From the human T2T-CHM13v2.0 reference genome, Homo sapiens, in assembly GCF_009914755.1 (NCBI RefSeq), contig NC_060931.1: 64,000 nt of DNA; one strand, written 5' to 3'. This document shows, one piece after another, positions 42,001-54,400 of the stretch. The notes below the pieces were generated by a model that saw nothing but the letters and a program-made list of their open reading frames with translations, did not search any database and was not told where the DNA came from. The first letter of the stretch is position 1. Each line of letters begins with the position of its first letter. The position numbers and the translations under genes were made by a program.

Positions 42001-45000
42001 ACTCTGGTTAATTCAATTTCGCTCCATTCCATTCCATTGCATTCCATTCCATTCCATTCCATTCCATTCGTGTGGATTCCAATTCCTTACAATCTGTTCC
42101 ATTCCATTCCATTCCATTCCATTACTTTCCTTTCCATTCCACTCGTGTGGATTCCATTCCATTGTCTTCCATTCCATTCCACTAGGGTTGATTCCACTCC
42201 ATTCCTTTCCATTCCTTTCTTTTCCATTCCATTGCATTCTACTCAAGGTGATTTCAATCCATTCCATTCCATTCCATTGCATTCCATTCCACTCCATAGC
42301 ATTCCATTCCATTCCATTCCATTCCATTCCATTCCATTCCATTCCATTCCATTCCATTGCATTCGGGTTGTTTCCAGTCCATTCCATTCCATTCAAGTCC
42401 ATTCCATTCCATTCCATTCCACTCGAGTTGATTCCATTGCATCCCCTTCCATTTCATCCCACTCCATTCCATTCCATTCCATTCCATTCCATTCCATTCC
42501 ATTCCACTCGGGTTTATTCCATTCCATTCCATTTAATTCTATTCCATTCCTTTCCATTCCATGCCACTCAGGTTGATTCCATTCCATTCCATTCCATTCC
42601 ATTCCATTCCATTCCATTCCGTTCCATTCCATTCCATTCGGGTTGAATCCGGTCCATTCCATTCTATTCCATTCCATTCCATTCCATTCTATTCCACTCA
42701 AGTTGATTACATTGCATCCTATTCCATTCCATTCCCCTCCATTCCTATCCATTCCATTGCATTCCTTGCCATTTCATTCCATTCATCTCGGGTTGATTCC
42801 ATTCCAGTCCATTTCAGTTCATTCCATGTCATTCCATTCCATTCCATACGGGTTGATACCATTCCATTCCATTCCATTCCATTCCATTCCATTCCATTCC
42901 ATTCTATTCCATTCCTTTCCCTTCCATCCAATTCCGATCGAGTTGATTCCATTGCATTCGATTCCTTTCCATTCCATTCCATTCCATTCCATTCCATTCC
43001 ATTCCATTCCATTCCGTACCACTCGGGTTTATGCCATTCCATTCCATTCCATTCCATTCCTTGCCATTGCATTCCATTCCATTGCATTCCATTGGTGTTG
43101 ATTCCAATCCATTACAATCTGTTCCATTCCATTACATTCCACTCGAGTGGATTCCACTGCATTTCATTCCATTCCATTCCATTCCATTCCACTCCATTCC
43201 ATTCCATTCCATTCCATTCCACTGCATTCCATTCCATTCCATTGCTCTCGGGTTAATTCCATTCCATTCCATTAAATCCCATTCCATTCCATTCCATTCT
43301 ATTCCATACCATTCCACTCAGGTTTTTTCAATTCCATTCCATTCCATTCCATTCCATTCCATTCCACTCCATGCCACTCATGTTGATTCCATTCCATTCC
43401 ATTTCATTCCATTCCATTAAATTCTATTCCATTCCATTTCATTCCATTCCATTCTATTCCATACAATTCCACTCGGGTTTTTTCCATTCCATTCCATTCC
43501 ATTCCATTCCATTCCATTCCATTCCTCTCATGTTGATTCCATTCCATTCCATTTTATTCCCTTCCATTAAATTCCATTCCATTCCATTCCATTCCATTCC
43601 ATTCCATTCCACTCGTGTTGATTCCATTCCATTGCTTTCCATTCCATTCCACTAGGGTTGATACCATTCCACTCCATTCCATTGCATTCTTTTCCATTCC
43701 ATCTCATTCGACTCGGGTTGATTCCACTGCATCCCATTGCATTCCATTCCACTCCATTCCATTCCATTTCATTCCATTCCACTTGGGTTTATTCCATTCC
43801 ATTTGATTCCATTCCTTTCCTTTCCATTCCCTGCCACTCAGGTTGACTCCATTCCATTCCATTTCATTCCATTCCATTCCATTCTGTTACACTCCATTCC
43901 ATTCCATTCCATTCCATCACAGTCGTGTTGATTCCATTCAATTGCCTTCCGTTCCATTCCACTTGGTTTGATACCATTCCATTCCATTCCATTCCATTCC
44001 ATTCCATTCCATTCCAATCCTTTCCATGCCAATAAATTCCAGTCGGGTTGATTCCAGTCCGTTCCGTTCCATTCCATTCCATTCCATTCATTTCCACTCG
44101 GGTTGATTATATTCCATTCCCTTCCATTCCATTCCATTCCACACCGGTTGATTCCAGTCCTTTCAAATCCATCCCATTGCATTCCATTCAGTTACGTTCC
44201 ATTGAATTCCATTCCATTCCACTCTGGTTCATTCCATTCCTTTCCATTTCATTCCATTCTATTCAATTCCGCTCGTGTTGATTTCATTCCATTCCATTCC
44301 GTTACATTCCACTCGGGTTGGCTCCATTCCATTCCATTCCTTTCCATCCGTTTGCATTCCATTCTATTCCACTCGTGTTGATTCCATTCCATTCCATTCC
44401 ATTCCATTCCATTCCATTCCATTACATTCCATTCCACTCGGGTTTATTCCATTCCATTCCATTTAATTCTATTCCATTCCTTTCCATTCCATGCCACTCA
44501 GGTTAATTCCATTCCATTCCATTCCATTCCATTCTATTCCATTCCATTCCATTCCGTTCCATTCCATTCCATTCGGGTTGAATCCGGTCCATTCCATTCT
44601 ATTCCATTCCATTCCATTCCATTCTATTCCACTCAACTTGATTACATTGCATCCCATTCCATTCCATTCCTCTCCATTCCTTTCCATTCCATTGCATTCC
44701 CTGCCATTCCATTCCATTCATCTCGGGTTGATGCCATTCCAGTCCATTTCAGTTCATTCCATGCCATTCCATTCCATTCCATTCCATTCCATTCCATACG
44801 CATTGATACCATTCCATTCCATTCCATTCCATTCTATTCCATTCCTTTCCCTTCCATCCCATTCCAATCGAGTTGATTCCATTGCATTCGATTCCTTTCC
44901 ATTCTATTCCATTCCATTCCATTCCATTCCATTCCATTCCATTCCATTCCGTACCACTCGGGTTTATGCCATTCCATTCCATTCCATTCCATTCCATTCC

Positions 45001-45035
45001 ATTCCTTGCCATTGCATTCCATTCCATTGCATTCC

Positions 45036-45335
45036 ATTGGTGTTGATTCCAATCCATTACAATCTGTTCCATTCCATTACATTCCACTCGAGTGGATTCC
45101 ACTGCTTTCCATTCCATTCCATTCCATTCCATTCCACTCCATTCCATTCCATTCCATTCCATTCCACTCCATTCCATTCCATTCCATTGGTGTTGATTCC
45201 AATCCATTACAATCTGTTCCATTCCATTACATTCCACTCGAGTGGATTCCACTGCATTCCATTCCATTCCATTCCATTCCATTCCACTCCATTCCATTCC
45301 ATTCCATTCCATTCCACTCCATTCCATTCCATTCC
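45036..45335 (+). repeat. 150 bp tandem duplication
   Basis: ATTGGTGTTGATTCCAATCCATTACAATCTGTTCC...ACTCGAGTGGATTCCACTGC occurs at 45036 and 45186. Confidence 0.85.
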
Positions 45336-48300
45336 ATTGCTCTCGGGTTAATTCCAATCCATTCCATTCCATCCCATTCCATTCCATTCCATTCTATTCC
45401 ATACCATTCCACTCGTGTTTTTTCAATTCCATTCTATTCCATTCCATTCCATTCCATTCCATTCCATTCCATTCCACTCCATGCCACTCATGTTGATTCC
45501 ATTCCATTCCATTTCATTCCATTCCATTAAATTCTATTCCATTCCATTTCATTCCATTCCATTCTATTCCATACCATTCCACTCGGGTTTTTTCCATTCC
45601 ATTCCATTCCATTCCATTCCATTCCATTCCATTCCATTCCATGCCACTCATGTTGATTCCATTCCATTCCATTTCATTCCATTCCATTAAATTCCATTCC
45701 ATTAAATTCCATTCCATTCCATTCCATTCCATTCCATTCTATTCCATTCTACTCGTGTTGATTCCATTCCATTGCCTTCCATTCCATTCCACTAGGGTTG
45801 ATACCATTCCATTCCATTCCATTGCATTCTTTCCCATTCCATCTCATTTGACTCGGGTTGTTTCCACTGCATCCCATTGCATTCCATTCCACTCCATTCC
45901 ATTCCATTTCATTCCATTCCACTTGGGTTTATTCCACTCCATTTGATTCCATTCCTTTCCTTTCCATTCCCTGCCACTCAGGTTGACTCCATTCCATTCC
46001 ATTTCATTGCATTCCATTCCATTCAGTTCCACTCCATTCCATTCCATTCCATTCCATCACAGTCGTGTTGATTCCATTCAATTGCCTTCCGTTCCATTCC
46101 ACTTGGTTTGATACCGTTCCATTCCATTCCATTCCATTCCATTCCAATCCTTTCCATGCCAATACATTCCAGTCGGGTTGATTCCAGTCCGTTCCGTTCC
46201 ATTCCATTCCATTCCATTCATTTCCACTCGGGTTGATTATATTCCATTCCCTTCCATTCCATTCCATTCCACACCGGTTGATTCCAGTCCTTTCAAATCC
46301 ATCCCATTGCATTCCATTCAATTACGTTCCATTGAATTCCATTCCATTCCACTCTGGTTCATTCCATTCCTTTCCATTTCATTCCATTCTATTCAATTCC
46401 GCTCGTGTTGATTTCATTCCATTCCATTCCGTTACATTACACTCGGGTTGGCTCCATTCCATTCCATTCCTTTCCATCCGTTTCCATTCCATTCTATTCC
46501 ACTCGTGTTGATTCCATTCCATTCCATTGCATTCCATTCCATTCTATTCCATTCCTTTCCATTCCATTCCCGTTGATTGCATTCCATTCCATTCCATTCC
46601 ATGACATTCCACTCTCATTGATTCCATTCCATTCCATTCCATTCCATTCCATTCCATTCCATTCCATTCCATGCCATTCCACTCTCGTTGATTCCATTCC
46701 ATTCCATTCCATTCCTTTCCATTCCACTTGCGTTGATTCCATTCAATTCCATTCCATTACATTCCATTCCACTAGGGTTTATTCAATTTCGCTCCATTGC
46801 ATTCCATTCCATTCCATTCCATTCCATTCCATTCCATTCCATTCCATTCCATTCGTGTTGATTGCAATTCCTTATAATCTATTCAATTCCATTCCATTCC
46901 ATTCCATTACATTACTTTCCTTTCCATTCCACTCGTGTAGATTCCCTTCCATTGCCTTCCATTCCATTCCACTATGGTTGATTCCACTCCATTCCTTTCC
47001 ATTCCTTTCTTTTCCATTCCATTGCATTCGACTCAAGGTGATTCCAATCCATTCCATTCCATTGCATTCCATTCCACTCCATTCCATTCTATTCCATTCC
47101 ACTCCATTCCATTCCATTCCATTCCTTTCCATTCCATTCCCGTTGATTGCATTCCATTCCATTCCATTCCATTCCGTAGCACTCGGTTTATGCCATTCCA
47201 TTCCATTCCATTCCATTCCTTGCCATTGCATTCCATTCCATTCCACTCTGGTTCATTCCATTCCATTCCATTTCATTCCATTCTATTCCATTCCGCTCGT
47301 GTTGATTTCATTCCATTCCATTCCCTTACATTCCACTCGGGTTGGATCCATTCCATTCCATTCCATTCCTTTCCATCCGTTTCCATTCCATTCTATTCCA
47401 CTCGGGTTGATTCCATTCCATTCCATTCCATTCCATTCCATTCCATTCCATTCCTTTCCATTCCATTCCCGTTGATTGCATTCCATTCCATTCCATTCCA
47501 TGCCATTCCACTCTCATTGATTCCATTCCATTCCATTCCATACCATTCCATTCCATTTCATTCTTTTCCATTCCATTCCATGCCATTCCACTCTCGTTGA
47601 TTCCATTCCATTCCATTCCATTCCTTTCCATTCCACTTGCGTTGATTCCATTCCATTCCATTCCACTCTGGTTTATTCAATTTCGCTCCATTCCATTCCA
47701 TTGCATTCCATTCCATTCCATTCCATTCGTGTTGATTCCAATTCCTTACAATCTATTCCATTCCATTCCATTCCATTCCATTCCATTACTTTCCTTTCCA
47801 TTCCACTCGTGTGGATTCCATTCCATTGGTTGCATTCCATTCCACTAGGGTTGATTCCACTCCATTCCTTTCCATTCCTTTCTTTTCCATTCCATTGCAT
47901 TCGACTCAAGGTGATTTCAATCCATTCCATTCCATTCCATTGCATTCCATTCCATTCCATAGCATTCCATTCCATTCCATTCCATTCCATTGCATTCCAT
48001 TCCATTGCATTCGGGTTGTTTCCAGTCCATTCCATTCCATTCAAGTCCATTCCATTCCATTCCATTCCACTCGAGTTGATTCCATTGCATCCCCTTCCAT
48101 TTCATCCCACTCCATTCCATTCCATTCCATTCCATTCCATTCCATTCCATTCCATTCCACTCGGGTTTATTCCATTCCATTCCATTTAATTTTATTCCAT
48201 TCCTTTCCATTCCATGCCACTCAGGTTGATTCCATTCCATTCCAATCCATTCCATTCTATTCCATTCCATTCCATTCCGTTCCATTCCATTCCATTCGGG

Positions 48301-50549
48301 TTGAATCCGGTCCATTCCATTCTATTCCATTCCATTCCATTCCATTCTATTCCACTCAAGTTGATTACCTTGCATCCCATTCCATTCCATTCCTCTCCAT
48401 TCCTTTCCATTCCATTGCATTCCTTGCCATTCCATTCCATTCATCTCTGGTTGATGCCATTCCAGTCCATTTCAGTTCATTCCATGCCATTCCATTCTAT
48501 TCCATTCCATTCCATACGCATTGATACCATTCCATTCCATTCCATTCCATTCCATTCCATTCCATTCCATTCTATTCCATTCCTTTCACTTCCATCCCAT
48601 TCCAATCGAGTTGATTCCATTGCATTCGATTCCTTTCCATTCCATTCCATTCCATTCCATTCCATTCCATTCCATACCACTCGGGTTTACGCCATTCCAT
48701 TCCATTCCATTCCATTCCATTCTTTGCCATTGCATTCCATTCCATTGCATTCCATTGGTGTTGATTCCAATCCATTACAATCTGTTCCATTCCATTACAT
48801 TCCACTCGAGTGGATTCCACTGCATTCCATTCCATTCCATTCCATTCCATTCCACTCCATTCCATTCCATTCCATTCCATTCCACTCCATTCCTTTCCAT
48901 TCCATTTCTCTCGGGTTAATTCCATTCCATTCCATTCCATCCCATTCCATTCCATTCCATTCTATTCCATACCATTCCTCTCGGGTTTTTTCAATTCCAT
49001 TCCATTCCATTCCATTCCATTCCATTCCATTCCATTCCACTGCATGCCACTCATGTTGATTCCATTCCATTCCATTTCATTCCATTCCATTAAATTCTAT
49101 TCCATTCCATTTCATTCCATTCCATTCTATTCCATACCATTCCACTCGGGTTTTTTCCATTCCATTCCATTCCATTCCATTCCATTCCATGCCACTCATG
49201 TTGATTCCATTCCATTCCATTTCATTCCATTCCATTAAATTCCATTCCATTCCATTCCATTCCATTCCATTCCATTTCATTGCATTCCACTCGTGTTGAT
49301 TCCATTCCATTGCCTTCCATTCCATTCCACTAGGGTTGATACCATTCCATTCCATTCCATTGCATTCTTTTCCATTCCATCTCATTCGTCTCGGGTTGAT
49401 TCCACTGCATCCCATTGCATTCCATTCCACTCCATTCCATTCCATTTCATTCCATTCCACTTGTGTTTATTCCATTGCATTTGATTCCATTCCTTTCCTT
49501 TCCATTCCCTGCCACTCAGGTTGACTCCATTCCATTCCATTTAATTCCATTCCATTCCATTCAGTTCCACTCCATTCCATTCCATTCCATTCCCATCGTG
49601 TTGATTCCATTCAATTGCCTTCCATTCCATTCCACTTGGTTTGATACCATTCCATTCCATTCCATTCCATGCCACTCATGTTGATTCCATTCCATTCCAT
49701 TTCATTCCATTCCATTAAATTCCATTCCATTCCATTCCATTCCATTCCATTCCATTCTATTCCATTCTACTCGTGTTGATTCCATTCCATTGCCTTCCAT
49801 TCCATTCCACTAGGGTTGATTCCATTCCATTCCATTCCATTGCATTCTTTTCCATTCCATCTCATTCGATTCGGTTGATTCCACTGCATCCCATTGCATT
49901 CCATTCCACTCCATTCCATTCCATTTCATTCCATTCCACTTGGGTTTATTCCACTCCATTTGATTCCATTCCTTTCCTTTCCATTCCCTGCCACTCAGGT
50001 TGACTCCATTCCATTCCATTTCATTGCATTCCATTCCATTCAGTTCCACTCCATTCCATTCCATTCCATTCCATCACAGTCGTGTTGATTCCATTCAATT
50101 GCCTTCCGTTCCATTCCACTTGGTTTGATACCATTCCATTCCATTCCATTCCATTCCATTCCATTCCATTCCAATCCTTTCCATGCCAATACATTCCAGT
50201 CGGGTTGATTCCAGTCTGTTCCGTTCCATTCCATTCCATTCCATTGGTTTCCACTTGGGTTGATTATATTCCATTCCCTTCCATTCCATTCCATTCCATT
50301 CATTTCCACTCGCGTTGATTATATTCCATTCCCTTCCATTCCATTCCATTCCACACGGGTTGATTCCAGTCCTTTCAATTCCATCCCATTGCATTCCATT
50401 CAATTATGTTCCATTGCATTCCATTCTATTCCACTCTGGTTCATTCCATTCCATTGCATTTCATTCCATTCTATTCCATTCCGCTCGTGTTGATTTCATT
50501 CCATTCCATTCCCTTACATTACACTCGCATTGGCTCCATTCCATTCCAT

Positions 50550-51400
50550 TCCATTCCTTTCCATCCGTTTCCATTCCATTCTATTCCACTCGGGTTTATA
50601 CCATTCCATTCCATTCCCTTCCATTCCATTCCATTCCATTCCTTTCCATTCCATTTCCGTTGATTGCATTCCATTCCATTCCATTCCATGCCTTTCCACT
50701 CTCATTGATTCCATTCCATTCCATTCCATTCCATTCCATTCCATTCCATTCCATTCCCGTTGATTGCATTCCATTCCATTCCATTCTATGCCATTCTTTT
50801 AAATTCCATTGCATTTGACTCGGGTTGATTCCACTGCATCTCATTCCATTCCATTCCACTCCATTCCATGCCATTTCATTCCATTCCACTCGGGTTTATT
50901 CCATTCCATTTGATTCCATTCCTTTCCTTTCCATTCCCTGCCACTTAGGTTGACTCCATTCCATTCCATTCCATTCCATTCCTTTCCATCCGTTTCCATT
51001 CCATTCTATTCCACTCGGGTTTATACCATTCCATTCCATTCCCTTCCATTCCATTCCATTCCATTCCTTTCCATTCCATTTCCGTTGATTGCATTCCATT
51101 CCATTCCATTCCATGCCATTCCACTCTCATTGATTCCATTCCATTCCATTCCATTCCATTCCATTCCATTCCATTCCATTCCATTCCATTCCCGTTGATT
51201 GCATTCCATTCCATTCCATTCTATGCCATTCTTTTAAATTCCATTGCATTTGACTCGGGTTGATTCCACTGCATCTCATTCCATTCCATTCCACTCCATT
51301 CCATGCCATTTCATTCCATTCCACTTGGGTTTATTCCATTCCATTTGATTCCATTCCTTTCCTTTCCATTCCCTGCCACTTAGGTTGACTCCATTCCATT
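50550..51400 (+). repeat. ~430 bp tandem duplication at the domain 2/3 boundary
   Basis: CGGGTTTATACC at 50591/51016, CTTTTAAATTCCATTGCATTTGACTCGGG at 50796/51231, and CCCTGCCACTTAGGTTGACT at ~50936/51371. Confidence 0.85.
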
Positions 51401-54400
51401 CCATTTCATTCCATTCCATTCCATTCATTTCCACTCCATTCCATTCCAATCCATTCCAGTCGTGTTGATTCCATTCAATTGCTTTCCAATTCATTCCACT
51501 CGGTTTGATACCATTCCATTCCATTCCATTCCATTCTTTTAAATTCCATTGCATTCGACTTGAGTTGATTCCATTCCATTCTATTCCATTCCATTCCATT
51601 CCATTCGGGTTCATTCCAGTCCATTCCATTCTATTCCATTCCATTCCATTCCATTCCATTCCATTCCATTCCATTCCATTCCACTCCATTCCATTTCATT
51701 CCATTCCATTCCACTAGCGTTTATTCCATTCTATTCCATTCCATTCTACTCGGGTTCATTCCATTCCATTCCATTCCATTCCATTCCATTCCATTCCACC
51801 CCTTTCCACTCGAGTTGATTCTATTGCATTCGATTTCATTCCATTGCATTCCATTGCATTCCATTCCATTCCATTCCATTCCATTCCATTCCATTCCATT
51901 CCATAACACTCGGGTTTATTCCATACTATCTATTCCACTCCATTCCATTGCTTTCCATTCCATTCCATTCCACTGGGGTTGATTCAATTCCATTCCATTT
52001 AATTCCTTTCCATTCCATTTCATTCCATTCAATTCCATCCCATTCCATTCCATTCACATCCATTCTCATTGATATGATTCCAATCCCTTCCATTTCATTC
52101 CATTCCTTTCCATTGCAATGCGTTCCAGATGATTCCTTTCCATTCCATTCCACTCCATTCCATTCCATTCCATTCCATTCCATTCCATTCCATTCCATTC
52201 CATTCCATTTGATTCCACTCAATTCCATTTCTTTCCATTCCATTCCTCTCTGGTTGATTCCATTCCGTTCCATTCCATTCCATTCCATTACACTCGTGTT
52301 GATTCGAATGCATTGCCTTCCACTCCATTCCACTCGGGTTGATACCATTCCATTCCATTCCATTCTATTCCATTCCTTTCAATTGCATTTCATTTGACTC
52401 GTGTTGATTCCATTCCATTCCATTGAATTCCATTCCATTTCATTCCATTCCATTCAACTCGGTTTGATTCCACTCCATTCCATTTCATTCCATTCCATTC
52501 CATTGCATTCCATTCCATGCCATTCCACTGTTGTTGATTCCATTCCATTCCATTCCATTCCATTCCATTCCATTCGCGTTGATTCCTTTCCATTCCATTC
52601 CATTCCATTCCATTCCATTCCATTCCATTCCATTCCACTCCACTCGGGTTCATTCCATTCCATTCCATTCCATTCCATTCCATTCCATTCCATTCCATTA
52701 TATTCCATTACACTCGAGTTGATTCCATTGCATTCCATTTCATTGCATTCTATTCCATTCCATTCCATTGAATTCCATTCCATTCCATTCCATACCACTC
52801 GGGTTTCTTCCATTCCATTCCATTCCATTCCATTCCATTCCATTCCATTCCTTTCCATTCCACTCGGGTTGATTCCATTCCATTCCATTTCATTCCATTC
52901 CATTCCATCCCATTCCCTTCCATTCGCGTTGATACCATTCCATTCCATTCCATTCCTTTCCATTGCAATGCATTCCAGATGATTCCATTCCATTCCATTC
53001 CATTCCATTCCACTCCATTCTTTTCCATTCCATTCCGTTCCATTTGATTCCATTCATTTCCATTCCATTCCATTCCATTCCTTTCTGGTTGATTCCTTTC
53101 CATTCCATTCCATTGCATTCCATTTCATACCATTCCTCTCGGGTTTATTCCGTTACCTTCCATTCCATTCCATTCCATTCCATTCCATTCCATTCCATTC
53201 CATTCCATGCCACACTGGTTGATTACGTTCCATGCCATTTAATTCCTTTCCATTTCATTGCTTTCCATTCCATTCCATTCCATTCCACTCGTGTTGATTC
53301 CATTCCATTGCCTTCCTTTCCATTCCACTCGGGTTGATACCATTCCATTCCATTCCATTCCATTCCTTTCCATTCCATTCCATTAGGGTTGATTCCTGTC
53401 CATTCCATTCTATTCCATTCCATTCCATTCCATTCCATTCCATTCCATTCCACTCCATTCCATTCCATTCCACTCGAGTTGACTCCATTGCATTCCATTC
53501 CATTCCATTCCATTCCATTCCATTCCACCCCAATCTACTCGGGTTTATTGCATTCCATTCCATACCATTCCATTAATTGCTATTCTATTCCATTCCAGTC
53601 TGGTTGATGCCATTCCATTCCATTCCATTCAATTGCATTCCATTCTCATTGATACCATTCCATTCCATTCCATTCCTTCCCATTGCATTGCATTCCAGAT
53701 GATTCCATTCCATTCAATTCCACTCCATTCCATTCCATATCATTCCATTCCATTCCATTCCATTCCACTCGTGTTGATTCCATTCCATTGTCATCCATTC
53801 CATTCCACTCGAGTTGATACCAATCCATTCCATTGCATTCCATTCCTTTCCATTCCATTGCATTCAACTCGGGTTAATTGCATTCCATTTCATTGCTTTC
53901 CATTCCATTCCATTGCATTCCTTTCCATTCCATTCCATTCCATTCCATTCCATTCCATTCCATTCCATTCTATTCCATGCGATTCGATTCCATTCCACTC
54001 GAATTGACTACATTGCATCCCATTCCATTCCATTCCATTCCATTCCATTCCATTCCATTCCATTCCACTCGGGTTTATTCCATTCCATTCCATTCCATTC
54101 CATTCCATTCCTTTCCATTGCATTCCATTCCTTCCCATTCCATTCTATTCTAATCAGGTTGATTCCATTCCATTCCATTCCATTCCATTCCATTCCATTC
54201 CATTCCATTCCATTCGCGTTGATACCATTCCATTCCATTCCAATCCAATCCTATACATTGCATTGCATTCCAGATGATTATATTCCATTCCGCACCACTC
54301 CATTCCATTCCATATCATTCCATTCCATTCCATTCCTTTCCATTCCATTCCACTCTTGTTGATTTCATTCCATTGTATACCATTCCATTCCACTCGGGTT

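Larger units (their letters stand above)
21110..51400 (+). repeat. HSat3 domain 2: ~2.6 kb base unit (variants 1.9-3.7 kb) in A and B forms, giving a ~5.8 kb A+B higher-order repeat
   Basis: The landmark GGTTGAATC(C/T)GGTCC occurs at 22181, 24831, 28011, 31261, 34350, 36784, 40023, 42641, 44576 and 48299 (spacings 2650, 3180, 3250, 3089, 2434, 3239, 2618, 1935, 3723). The A form has TTTCGTACCACTCGTGTTTATT (GTACC at 22531, 28396, 40403). The B form has CCGTACCACTC(G/T)GGTTTATGCC (~25200, 34709, 37143, 43015, 44950). Dimer offsets are 5830 (22181/28011) and 5818 (38285/44103). Confidence 0.85.

Noticed and set aside
21486-49150. GGGTTTTTT tracts as transcription terminators
   Set aside because: They are decamer variants (ACTCGGGTTT-TTTCC/TTTCA) with no preceding hairpin or upstream gene.
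21110-51400. Assignment to DYZ1 (3.6 kb Yq12 unit) or another named chromosome-specific array
   Set aside because: The observed periods (~2.6, 3.2 and 5.8 kb) do not match 3.6 kb, and a chromosome assignment needs k-mer classification or mapping that I cannot run.
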